Shown here in pieces: positions 54,504 to 64,000 of a DNA stretch of 64,000 nucleotides (position 1 is its first letter; each line of letters starts with the position of its first letter). Source of the stretch: Terriglobia bacterium (GTDB lineage: Bacteria > Acidobacteriota > Terriglobia > JAJPHL01 > JAPKYU01); contig CBDBKE010000002.1 in assembly GCA_965206645.1 (NCBI GenBank), forward strand, positions 480,001 through 544,000, read 5' to 3'. The notes beneath the pieces were generated by a model. That model did not search any database. It was not told the DNA's origin and saw only the letters and a list, made by a program, of their open reading frames with translations. The position numbers were made by a program, and so were the translations under genes.

Positions 54504-55753
54504 TGACCAGACCGATTTTTTGTACCAACCGTAGTGAGAGTTTACATCGCAGCCTGGGGCTGTGAAACTGGTTTCAGTGGCAGGGGAGGGCTATAGGCCC
54601 CCGGTGCCGGGGGCCTATAGCCGAGCGCCGAGTGCGGCCGCACCGTGTTGTATTGCACCCTCCACTGTTCAATCACCACCTGTGCCTCCTTCAACGAGTA
54701 GAAGATCTCTCCATTCAGGCATTCGTCCCGCAGCTTCCCATTGAAACTCTCGCAGTACCCGTTCTCCCAGGGACTGCCCGGTTCGATGTACAGTGTCCCG
54801 GTCCCTAGATTTGCCAACCACTGGCGCAGTTGTTTGGCGATGAACTCGGGACCATTGTCGGATCGAATCTGTTCCGGTATCCCTCGCCACAACATCACGT
54901 CCGACAACGCCTCAATGATTTGTTGGCTGCCCATCCTCCGCTCCACCCGGATCGCCAGGCATTCCCGCGTGTACTCATCCAGCAAGGTCAGCAGCCGCAG
55001 CGTTCTCCCCTCGTGCGTTCTGGCACTCATGAAGTCGTAGCTCCACACGTGGTTCGGTCGCTCCGGCCTCAGTCGTACACAGGAACCGTCGTTCAGCCAC
55101 AGCCGTCCTCGCGGCCTTTGTTTTTGCGGCACTTTCAGCCCTTCCCGCCGCCAAATCCGCTGCACCCGGTCCTTGCCCACTTCCCAGCCCGCACTCCGCA
55201 GCAACGCTGTGATCCTCCGGTAGCCATATCGCCCGTACTTCGCTCCCAGGGCAATGATCGCTCGGGTCAGAGCATCCTCGTCCACCCGATGAATCGGCTC
55301 GTATCGTTGTGTCCCTCGCCATTGCCCCAGCAGCCGGCAGGCATGCCGTTCCGACAACCCGTGTTGCTCTCACGCACGCTCCACCGCACAACGCCGCCGC
55401 TCAGGGCTCAGAAGTTTCCCTGTGCCACATCCCGCAGCACCTGCTTCTCCAGAGAAAGCTCCGCTACCAACCGCTTCAGCCGCGTGTTTTCCTTCTCCAA
55501 CTCCTTTAGCCGTTTTGCCTGCACCACCTTCAGCCCGCCGTATTCCTTCCGCCACCGGTAGTAGGTTTGGGTGTGGATTCCAGCTTCTTTGCAGGCTTGG
55601 GGCGCAGTCTTCCCGTTCCCCATCTGCACTTCTATCTGCCGTAGCACCGCTACAATCTGCTCCGGCTTGTAACTCCTTGTCGGCATGACCTCACTTCCTC
55701 CTCAAGTGGATTCTCTCTCTTTCCACTTGGTACAAAAAGTGCCGGTCAGGTCA
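54504..55753 (-). mobile_element. Intact IS3-family element (orfA 55408-55686, orfB ending 54542)
   Basis: Same IS as 43739-46670; no TSD (flanks GGGG / GACA). Confidence 0.95.
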
Positions 55754-56225
55754 GACACTGTTGCCAAGAGTCCGAGCAGCGCAGGTTTCCAAGTTGCTCT
55801 TATGGTTCTAACTAGAACGAGTTTTGTAGAGCTTGACAATGTTGCGTCCTCTTTCGTTTTGAGTTGCAGTTTTCATTGCTTCGGGTCCAGACGCTCAGCG
55901 CACACTTCTCTGTTGGGCTGTTAGCGGCCAAGGATGTTAGCTCCCGAGGGGCCGAACGCGAGATTGGTGGGACGGGCATACCCCTGAAAGTCCCCCTGAG
56001 CTTGCGGGTAGTGTGTTATTCGACAAAGCGGCTGTCAAGTGTACAAAAGTCCTATTAGTGCTAATTATCGGGAAGTTCTGAGGGAAATACTCTAACGGTT
56101 GTCCCTAGGAGTTTCTCTGAGTTCCCACGATTTCCGATTTGAGCTTCCCCTTCCTCCATGTGAGCTTAGCCGTTCCGCTGACTGACCTTAGTCTGTGTCC
56201 AGGTCCTCCGGCGCGCAGATTCTTC

Positions 56226-56253
56226 TTGACAATAAATCTAAACAGCTTAAGAT
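56226..56253 (+). promoter_or_regulatory. Sigma70-like promoter for the small ORF and integrase
   Basis: TTGACA-16-TAAGAT ending 9 bp before the ATG at 56263. Confidence 0.6.
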
Positions 56254-56262
56254 AGTATTAAA

Positions 56263-56424
56263 ATGACCAAGGCTGAACTGAAGCAGTTCACAAGCTGGCT
56301 TGGCAGGCGCAGCTACAGGGCAAGGCTGAAGCGGTTCGGAATCAAACGCATACAGGAAATTGCGCGGGAGAATGGGAAGTTGGGTGGTAGGCCGAAGGGT
56401 AGCGGAAAAAAGAAAGGAGCTTGA
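56263..56424 (+). CDS. 53-aa basic protein, not in the ORF track
   Basis: MTKAELKQF...IARENGKLGGRPKGSGKKKGA*; ends 3 bp before the integrase ATG and contains its RBS. Confidence 0.7.
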   Translation: MTKAELKQFTSWLGRRSYRARLKRFGIKRIQEIARENGKLGGRPKGSGKKKGA

Positions 56425-56427
56425 TCA

Positions 56428-57510
56428 ATGGCAATCTATAAACGCGGCAAGACTTACTGGTACAAGTTCATGTGGCGGGGTGAGTCAATTCGAGAAAGCA
56501 CGAAGCAGGGGAATCCACGGGTCGCCAGGCAGATTGAGGCGGCCCACAAAACGACCTTGGCAAAAGGTATTGTGGGGATTCGGGAACGTCGGCCCGTTCC
56601 AACCCTGGCTGAGTTCGCCGAAAGAGATTTTCTCCCGTTCGCTTACTCCACCTTTGCTGCAAAACCTAAAACGCTTGAGTACTACACGAACGGGGTGGGA
56701 AACTTACTGGCCTACGAAGCCCTCGCCAAGATGCCAATGAGCGCCATCACAACCGAAAAGATTAGAGGGCACGTGGCCAAACGGCAGAATCAGGGCCTCC
56801 AGGTATCTAGCATTAATCGGGAACTGGAAGTCCTGCGCTGGATGCTTCGTCTTGCCTCGGAATGGGGCAAGGTGGAAAAAGCCCCACCCAGGGTGTCAAT
56901 GCTTTCTGGGGAACGGCACAGAGAAAGGGTCCTCACCAGGGAAGAAGAAACCGTCTATCTAGACGCCGCTCCGCCGCTAGCGCGGGATGTGGCCGCCATT
57001 CTGTTTGACTGTGGACTCAGGCCGGGAGAATGCTTCTCCCTACGCCCGGAAAACTACAGAGATGGCTCCATTCATATCCTGGACGGCAAGACAAAAGCGG
57101 CCCGTCGGCGGATTCCCGTTACCCAAAGGGTGGCTTCGATACTGGACATGAGGCTGACCAGCCTAGAGGGTGATTGGATATTTCCCGCCCCAACCAAGAG
57201 CGGGCACATCGAGAAGTCAAGCTTGAGGAAGCAACATCGGCGTGCCTGTAAGGAAAGCGATGATGTGGAGGCGTTCGTGCTTTACTCTATCCGGCACACC
57301 TGTCTCACGCGATGGGCGGCCTATATGGACCCACACACGCTCGCCTATCTGGCCGGACATAGCGACATGGCCACCACAAGACGCTACGTTCATCCAGAGG
57401 ACCACACCGTTCGAGAAGCCATGGAACGTGCACGGAGTGGGCACAAAATTGGGCACAGTGGCACCGCAGCCGTTCCTCGGCAGAACGTCGAGCAACCTAC
57501 AATCAACTGA
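56428..57510 (+). CDS. Tyrosine recombinase/integrase
   Basis: N-terminal arm-binding IYKRGKTYWY; GLRPGE, GKTK, YSIRH, LAGHS, TRRY; ends next to the tRNA 3' end; GGGCACA repeat pair at about 57439-57457. Confidence 0.93.
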   Translation: MAIYKRGKTYWYKFMWRGESIRESTKQGNPRVARQIEAAHKTTLAKGIVGIRERRPVPTLAEFAERDFLPFAYSTFAAKPKTLEYYTNGVGNLLAYEALAKMPMSAITTEKIRGHVAKRQNQGLQVSSINRELEVLRWMLRLASEWGKVEKAPPRVSMLSGERHRERVLTREEETVYLDAAPPLARDVAAILFDCGLRPGECFSLRPENYRDGSIHILDGKTKAARRRIPVTQRVASILDMRLTSLEGDWIFPAPTKSGHIEKSSLRKQHRRACKESDDVEAFVLYSIRHTCLTRWAAYMDPHTLAYLAGHSDMATTRRYVHPEDHTVREAMERARSGHKIGHSGTAAVPRQNVEQPTIN

Positions 57511-57526
57511 TGTTCAACGGGATAAA

Positions 57527-57603
<77 letters not shown>

Positions 57604-57941
57604 ACACGGAAAGAAACGCGAAAGGCCTGTTTGAGCCCAGTGTAGCTGGCACATCTCCGCTTGTCAAACCGGCGCGCATGGAGAGACTTCCTCCAGCAGG
57701 CTTCGGACATCCACCGCCGCGCAAATCAACCTTGTGGCCCGCCCCTGCCAGGGGCTAGTGGCCTCCAGTGGGAGGCATAAGAGGAACTCCCGACTGCCCT
57801 TGTTGCACTCGGCTGTGCTTCCGGCTGTAGCCCACGGAAGCACGCTGAGATAGACGAAATTGGCGGCAATGTACAGGACCAGCACCAAACCGGTGCCCAG
57901 CAGCAGCAGTTCTGCCCTTTGGGACACTGGGGTTGCAGGCT

Positions 57942-58613
57942 TCACCGGCCCGACCTCTCTGGGGGTTGGTCTTGCGACCGGCCTTGCAACTGGTCCAGGA
58001 ACTGGCGTGCGCCCTCGGCCACGTTGTCGGTGGCCAGCAGGTCGCGGGACACAGCCACCGCGTCGGCCCCAGCCTCCACTACAGCCCGGGCGTTCTCGAG
58101 AGTTATCCCGCCAATGGCCACCAGGGGCTTGCTCACCGCGGCGCGCACTGCAGCCACCCCCTCCAGGCCAACTACCGGATCGGGCTGCTCTTTGGTGCGG
58201 GTAGGAAAGACAGGACCGATAGCCAGGTAATTCACCGGCAGGCGATCGCCCTCGCGCGCCTGCTCCAGGCTATGGGTGGAGAAGCCAATGAGCGGTTTCG
58301 GCTCCCGGCGCGAACCCAGCAGGCGTCGGGCCAGTTCCGGAGGAAGGTCTTGCTGGCCCAGGTGCACCCCCGAGGCACCGGACAGCAGTGTCACATCTGT
58401 CCGATCGTTAATCAAGAACCCGGCTTCATACCGGCTGGCTAGTTCGGCAAGAGCGCAGCAGTTTTCCCAGCTGCGCCGCGTAAAGGGGGCCTTGTGCCGA
58501 TATTGCAGGAAGCGCACCCCAGCTCGCAGCAGTTGGTCGGCGACCGTCCGCACGTCCCGCGACTCCAGCAAGCGGGTATCGAGGATGGCGTACAGCCTCG
58601 AGGCTAAAAACAC
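57942..58613 (-). CDS. thiE: Thiamine-phosphate synthase
   Basis: QYRHK, INDR, GVHLGQQD, GPVFPTRTK, AIGGI. Confidence 0.92.
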   Translation of the reverse strand: MFLASRLYAILDTRLLESRDVRTVADQLLRAGVRFLQYRHKAPFTRRSWENCCALAELASRYEAGFLINDRTDVTLLSGASGVHLGQQDLPPELARRLLGSRREPKPLIGFSTHSLEQAREGDRLPVNYLAIGPVFPTRTKEQPDPVVGLEGVAAVRAAVSKPLVAIGGITLENARAVVEAGADAVAVSRDLLATDNVAEGARQFLDQLQGRSQDQPPERSGR

Positions 58614-58629
58614 GCCTGGCCGTCCCCCT

Positions 58630-60006
58630 CTAGACGGTGGCGACGAGCGCCGCCGGGTTGAACCGCTGGAGGAAGCCGACGTCGAAGCGCCCAGCACGGA
58701 AGTCCGGGTCAGCCAGGATTCGCTGGTGGAGCGGGATAGAGGTGTGGATGCCTTCGATCATAAACATCTCCAGGGCTCGGGTCATCCGGCTGATGGCCTC
58801 CTGACGGTCGCGGCCGCGGACGACAAGTTTGGCCACTAAAGAGTCGTAGTAGGGAGGGATGACACACTCGGCGTAAGCGGCCGTGTCCACACGGACGCCA
58901 GTACCCCCGGGGATGTGGAAAGTGGTGATGCGCCCCGCCGAGGGGGCAAAGGTTTGCGGATGTTCCGCGTTGATGCGGCACTCCAAAGCATGCCCCTGAG
59001 GAGGAACGTGGTCGCCGCTCAACGAGTCTTGCAGCAACAGATCCAGGGGCTCGCCGGCAGCAATGAGAATTTGGCTCTTGACCAAGTCAATGTTGGTCAC
59101 CATCTCGGTGACCGGGTGCTCCACCTGGATGCGGGGGTTCATTTCGATGAAATAGAGCTGCCCGTCCTCATCCATCAGGAATTCGACCGTCCCGGCGCTG
59201 CTGTAACCAAGGTGCGACAGAGCCCGCAGCACCTGCTTGCCTACCTCCCGGCGCTGGGCTTCGCTCAGCGCGGGCGAGGGGGATTCCTCCAGCAGCTTCT
59301 GGTGGCGTCGCTGGATGGTACACTCTCGCTCGCCGAGGTGAGCCAGGGACCCGAAGCGGTCGCCCAATACCTGGAATTCGATGTGGCGGGGACGCTCAAG
59401 GAATTTCTCTAGATAGAGGTCGCCGCAGCCGAAAGCCATCTCGGCTTCCCGTTGGGCGGCGGCAAAGGCGTCTGGCAACTCCGCAGGGTCGCACACGACG
59501 CGCATACCGCGCCCGCCGCCGCCGGCCACTGCTTTGAGCAAGGCTGGGTAGCCAATGGAACCGGCAATCTGGCGAGCTTCGGCCGCGTTCCGCACGACGC
59601 TGTCGGAACCCGGCAGGATCGGCACGCCCGCTTGCTGGAACACCTGGCGGGCTCGGGCCTTTTCTCCCATGATACGGATCAGTCCCGACGAGGGCCCAAT
59701 GAAGGCGATCTTGCTGGTTTCGCAAACCTCAGCGAAATTGGCGTTCTCGGAAAGGAAGCCGTAGCCGGGATGGATAGCATCCGCATTGGTGATTTCGGCC
59801 GCGCTGATCACACTGGGGATGTTCAGGTAACTATCAGCCGACGGCGCGGGCCCAATACACACCGCCTGATCGGCAAAGCGGACGTGCAGCGAATTCCGGT
59901 CGGCCTCCGAATACACCGCGACCGTGCTGATGCCCAGCTCCTTACAGGCACAGATGACCCGCAACGCGATTTCGCCCCGGTTGGCAACCAGTATTTTCTT
60001 GAACAT
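58630..60006 (-). CDS. accC: Acetyl-CoA carboxylase biotin carboxylase
   Basis: [30 protein letters not shown]. Confidence 0.96.
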   Translation of the reverse strand: MFKKILVANRGEIALRVICACKELGISTVAVYSEADRNSLHVRFADQAVCIGPAPSADSYLNIPSVISAAEITNADAIHPGYGFLSENANFAEVCETSKIAFIGPSSGLIRIMGEKARARQVFQQAGVPILPGSDSVVRNAAEARQIAGSIGYPALLKAVAGGGGRGMRVVCDPAELPDAFAAAQREAEMAFGCGDLYLEKFLERPRHIEFQVLGDRFGSLAHLGERECTIQRRHQKLLEESPSPALSEAQRREVGKQVLRALSHLGYSSAGTVEFLMDEDGQLYFIEMNPRIQVEHPVTEMVTNIDLVKSQILIAAGEPLDLLLQDSLSGDHVPPQGHALECRINAEHPQTFAPSAGRITTFHIPGGTGVRVDTAAYAECVIPPYYDSLVAKLVVRGRDRQEAISRMTRALEMFMIEGIHTSIPLHQRILADPDFRAGRFDVGFLQRFNPAALVATV

Positions 60007-60009
60007 CAG

Positions 60010-60531
60010 CTACTTTTTGCTAGCGGTGGGCCGGATCGCAAACAGAGCCTCTCCATACTCCACCGGCTGGGAATTTTCTACATAGCGCTGGATGACCTGG
60101 CCGGTCACATCGCTCTCGATTTCGTTCATCAGCTTCATAGCCTCGACGATGCAGAGCACCTGTCCGACCTCGACCCAGTCGCCCTGGTTGACCAAAGGCG
60201 CGGCGCCCGGGGAAGGCGCCTCAAAGAAGGTCCCAACCATCGGCGACTTGAGCTGGTGGAAATCTTCGGCCAGCACTTGGGCAGGGGCTGAGGGGGACTC
60301 CGGAAGCTCAGAGGCGACAGCAGGACCGTTGACTGCGGATGTCGGCTGGTACACCGGCTCGGGCGGCGTCGGCGCAGTGCCTTGCAGGCTCACCTCGGCA
60401 AAGCTCACCTGGGACATCGAGTTCGTCCCGCGCTTGATCCGCAGTCGGATTCCGCTGCGTTCCAACTCAAACTCGGTGATCCCTTTCTCGGTGATGAGAT
60501 CCACCAAGTCTTTGATCTCTTTCAGATTCAT
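60010..60531 (-). CDS. accB: Biotin carboxyl carrier protein
   Basis: SPMVGTF, EAMKLMN. Confidence 0.96.
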   Translation of the reverse strand: MNLKEIKDLVDLITEKGITEFELERSGIRLRIKRGTNSMSQVSFAEVSLQGTAPTPPEPVYQPTSAVNGPAVASELPESPSAPAQVLAEDFHQLKSPMVGTFFEAPSPGAAPLVNQGDWVEVGQVLCIVEAMKLMNEIESDVTGQVIQRYVENSQPVEYGEALFAIRPTASKK

Positions 60532-61595
60532 TCGATTTGCAGTAGCTCCTTCGGGGTGGGCGTCAACACCTCCGCACCCTGGTTGCGCACTAAGACGACA
60601 TCCTCGATGCGAACCCCACCGTAACCTGGAACGTACACGCCGGGTTCGATGGTGATGACGGCTCCGGCCGGCAGCCTTGTTTTCTCCCGTGCCGCGATGC
60701 CAGGCATCTCGTGCACCTGGATCCCCAAGCCGTGTCCCGTACTGTGGGGAAAGTGCTCCCCGTAACCGCGCCGGGCAATGTATTGACGAGCTGCGCGGTC
60801 CACCGCCGAACAGAACGCGCCGGCGCGCACGGCAGCAATGGCCCGCTCTTGCGCCTCCTTCACCACGCGGTAAAGCGCTTGTGCCCTGCGGGTTGCGGTC
60901 CCCAGATAAACGGTCCGCGTCATATCGCTGGCGTAATTAGCCAGTATAGCACCGTGATCCAGGAGCAAAAATTCCTTTTTCCCCAGCGGCCGCAAGCTGG
61001 CGCGGGCGTGAGGCCAGGCGGAACGCGGGCCGCTCACCACGATGGTTTCAAAGGCCGCCTGTTGGGCCCCGCAGCGCCTCATTCGGTACTCCAGTTCGGC
61101 CGCCACTTCTTGCTCCGTTAGGCCGGGTCGTAGCAAGGCCACCGTTTCCTGAAACACGCGCGAGTTGAGAGCCACGGAGCGGCGAATCTGTTCCAGCTCC
61201 TGCTCGTCCTTAATCAGGCGGAGCTGCTCCACAGCGTTTTCGCAGTATCTCAGTCGCTCGATCCCTACGCCCTCGGCCAGCAGGCGATACAGCCGGTAGT
61301 CTGCCGAAGCCTCAAACCCGACCCGACGCCAGCGCCGGGCGCGGCTCAGGGCCGCCTTGGTCGTGCCCGAACTCACAATCACCACCTGTGAACCGCGCAC
61401 TTCTTGATCCGCCTGCAGCGCGTAGCGGCCGTCCGTGTAAAGGGTGGAGCGGCGCTCGTCCACCAGCAGGAGGCCGGCGCTGCCGGTAAACCCGGTAAGG
61501 TAAAAGATGTTGGCCTGCTGGCTGACCAGCAGGCAATCCAGTTGGGCTTTGGCAAGCCGAGAACGTAGGGCGCTGAGGCGCGCGGGCTGGTTCAC
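60528..61595 (-). CDS. Xaa-Pro peptidase (M24B)
   Basis: YLTGFTGS, SDMTRT, HSTGHGLG, EPGVY, GVRIED. Confidence 0.92.
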   Translation of the reverse strand: MNQPARLSALRSRLAKAQLDCLLVSQQANIFYLTGFTGSAGLLLVDERRSTLYTDGRYALQADQEVRGSQVVIVSSGTTKAALSRARRWRRVGFEASADYRLYRLLAEGVGIERLRYCENAVEQLRLIKDEQELEQIRRSVALNSRVFQETVALLRPGLTEQEVAAELEYRMRRCGAQQAAFETIVVSGPRSAWPHARASLRPLGKKEFLLLDHGAILANYASDMTRTVYLGTATRRAQALYRVVKEAQERAIAAVRAGAFCSAVDRAARQYIARRGYGEHFPHSTGHGLGIQVHEMPGIAAREKTRLPAGAVITIEPGVYVPGYGGVRIEDVVLVRNQGAEVLTPTPKELLQIE

Positions 61596-61665
61596 GGAGT
61601 CGGACGTCGGATCGCGAGCTCCGAGCCGGGAGGCAGGTCCCTCCCGGCCCGAATGGATTCTCCTG

Positions 61666-62793
61666 CTAGACGATCTTAGGCGTGATGAAGAAGAGCAATT
61701 CGTTGGTCTCGGTGGATACACCGGTGCGCTTGAACAGGTGGCCAATCACCGGGATGCTGCCCAGGAGGGGTACCTGCTCGATGGTCAGGTTGGTCTGGTT
61801 TTGGATGACGCCCCCGAACACCACCGTGCCACCGTCCTCGACCAGCACCTCGGTGGCAGCCTCCGGTAGAGCCACTGTGGAGCTTTCCGCGGGCTCCGCT
61901 TTTGCCCCTCGCGCATGCCCCGTCCTCGCTCCCGGAGCTTGCAGTTCCACCTCCACGACATGACCGCGGCGGTGCACTTTGTAAGGCGTCATCGTGTCCA
62001 GGTCCAGGACCACGCGGGAAATAGGAGGATCGTTGCGAAACTGGGCGACCCGGATCCTTTGCAGCGGGGGCGTCCCTACCAGGATCTGGCGGTGGCCGGC
62101 ACGGTTCACGGTCTGAGGAATGTCCACCACCAGCCTTGGCGGGTTCTCCAATCGGAAAGAGCGATACTCGACCGCGCCGTTGGCACGGATCAGGACGCGC
62201 AACTTGCCCTCATCGCGAGCAAACGTCACCTTTTCAACTGCATTCCCTCTGTTGCGCAGCGCTAACGGTGTGGTTGCTGGCCTTTCCGCCCTCGTTACCG
62301 CTGGCGGCGGGGCTTCGTGGGCGCCAGGGACCGCTGCTGGCGTGCTTCCAGTGGCGGACACAAACGTAACCTGCAGCGCGCCCGGATTTTGCTGGTAGCT
62401 GACTTTGACCGGCTTCTTGAGTAAGACCTCCAGCCGGGCACCGCGCTGCCCCTCGTGGAAGTATGGCACTACCCGATAGCTGGAAACCAGGTCGGAGGGC
62501 AACAGGTGGCTGTCGGGAGGCCGCGTGGAAACAACGCCGGGCAAATCCACGAAAACTAGCTGCTCCCCGGATGTGCGGGGCGAATAAGTAAACTCTCCAC
62601 TGACTTCCAAAGTGAGGATGGCGGCCTGGGAAGAAACGGCGGCGCGCACCGTGCCCAATTGCAAGACGGGCGCCGGTGCCGGCGCGCTCGCCTCGTTATC
62701 CGCAGTGGCAAAATTGGGCTGTGCCAATCCCAGCAGCAACGCCATGCTGCTCACAACCAGAGTGGAGAAACCAGAACGAGGTGTCAGGTTCAT
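61666..62793 (-). pseudogene. pilQ: Type IV pilus secretin with a large in-frame internal deletion
   Basis: Two AMIN domains joined directly to the secretin C-terminal tip (VPLLGSIPVIGHLF, ELLFFITP); follows pilP. Confidence 0.8.
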
Positions 62794-62851
62794 TGCGTTA
62801 TCACTCCTGTCCCATCCATGTCACTTTAAGACGAAATCGGTGGCGCCCACC

Positions 62852-63394
62852 TTAAATTGCTTCGGCGGGCATTTTTTTAATTACCTCCCGCTTTTCGAGC
62901 TTGCCACTTAGGTCAAGCACGCTTTCCTCAAAGACAATGGAGTCGGGGGTGATCTGCAGCACGCGCCCGTTGCACAGTGTCGTTCCTTCGCGTAGGAAAT
63001 AGGTGCGTCCAGTATTGCTGGTCGTGATCACGGCGATCATGTCGGCAGGAGTCTGGACCACTCCGTCCAGTTCCGCCTGCCCGACGAGGATGCCGCGAAC
63101 ACCGGGGGGACAGTCATGGATCGGAAGCTGGCCTGTTTTGTCCAGCTTGATGGTGCTAACAAATGGGTCTCGCCGGTCACCGGATTCCGAGGCCGGGCGT
63201 TTCGATGCGGGTGCCGCCAACCCTTTTGCTTGGGACGCGGTCGCAGGGGCTTTCGACTTGGTCGCCCCCGCTCCAGGTGTCTTCGCCTTGGCTGCCTGGC
63301 CCAGGCCACGGGTCTGCGGGTTTTGGGCCACGGCAGCCAAGGCCACCCCAAACACCACTATCAGAGCCAATGTCATCAAACGCGCGTTAGGCAT
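62852..63394 (-). CDS. pilP: PilP-like pilus assembly protein
   Basis: RRDPF motif; lies between pilO and pilQ. Confidence 0.75.
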   Translation of the reverse strand: MPNARLMTLALIVVFGVALAAVAQNPQTRGLGQAAKAKTPGAGATKSKAPATASQAKGLAAPASKRPASESGDRRDPFVSTIKLDKTGQLPIHDCPPGVRGILVGQAELDGVVQTPADMIAVITTSNTGRTYFLREGTTLCNGRVLQITPDSIVFEESVLDLSGKLEKREVIKKMPAEAI

Positions 63395-63407
63395 AACTCG
63401 CTGTCCT

Positions 63408-64000
63408 CTACTGACCCGCCGGGGGGGCGGACTGGGGCTGGTAAAATGTCGTAGCCGTACAGGTCACCACAATGGTCTCGTTCGGTGTGATCGTGTATTT
63501 CCCACCGCCGGCGCCGACGGGACCCATGCGCAGGTTGCCCACATTGACAACGCGGCCGGCACGGCGCAGACGCCCAAAGTAGTCCAACGCCGTGAAATAG
63601 GTGCCGTCCAGACTCAGGTCGAAAGGCACCTCGACATAGAGCTCCCTCTTTATCTCTCCCCTGGCGGTAAAGCGGCGAAGATTGACTCCCGACTGTGACG
63701 CAGTGTCCTGCACCAACCGGATGTAGTCATCGGCCTTCTTCTCTTCAGGAACGATAGAGCTGAGGGTCGCTAGCTTAGCTTCCAGCTGTTTATTCTCCGC
63801 CATGAGATCCTTAAGCTTTGGCTCCCACTCCTCTAACTTCTTATTGGCTTCTTCCTGCTCGTTTACCTTTTCTTCTAGCGCCTGGTTGGCCTCGCGCCGC
63901 ACGTTCAGACTGTCCGTCGGGGGGAAGTAAAGGAACTCACCGGTGACCACAATGAGGGCGGCGGCCCCGAGCATGATGCCCAATTGCTGTCCAAAGGAGA
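63408..64000 (-). CDS. pilO: Type IV pilus biogenesis protein PilO (5' end outside the window)
   Basis: TM plus coiled coil; VPEEK, YVEVP, GTY, RVVNV. Confidence 0.85.
   Translation of the reverse strand, partial: SFGQQLGIMLGAAALIVVTGEFLYFPPTDSLNVRREANQALEEKVNEQEEANKKLEEWEPKLKDLMAENKQLEAKLATLSSIVPEEKKADDYIRLVQDTASQSGVNLRRFTARGEIKRELYVEVPFDLSLDGTYFTALDYFGRLRRAGRVVNVGNLRMGPVGAGGGKYTITPNETIVVTCTATTFYQPQSAPPAGQ

Noticed and set aside
57664-57945. 93-aa ORF after thiE
   Set aside because: Only a short permease-like TM stretch; not supportable as a gene.

Overview
Moderately GC-rich bacterial DNA, most likely Acidobacteriota (TIGR03437-type and SBBP-type fragments; pilOPQ-M24 peptidase-accBC-thiE block). 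The right end (57.5-64 kb) is core genome. Left of tRNA-Pro(CGG) lie a tyrosine integrase and a roughly 55-kb accessory region full of IS1380, IS3 and IS256 elements, pseudogenes and cargo: a CE15 esterase/TRAP cluster, GH65/beta-PGM, HtrA, PP2C phosphatases, two B12 radical SAM enzymes, a YeiH-cysteine-dioxygenase-like fusion and a 908-aa coiled-coil protein. The main unexplained signal is a dispersed family of 33-34-bp imperfect palindromes with a 14-6-14 (TA-N6-TA) layout. There are two arm classes, X (8 copies) and Y (9 full plus 2 half copies). They occur as X-Y pairs, share 6-bp cores, and bracket cargo blocks in inverted orientation, often back-to-back across a conserved hairpin. This suggests an undescribed site-specific-recombination cassette array. 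Also found: an integron relic (attI-like site, one cassette, half attC), an IS1380 composite transposon with its empty site preserved elsewhere in the window, ISEcp1-like capture of 20 bp, an inverted tRNA-Pro att core, an unannotated 53-aa ORF before the integrase, and an internally deleted pilQ. All calls are by eye from motifs; no searches were run, and some frameshifts may be assembly errors.
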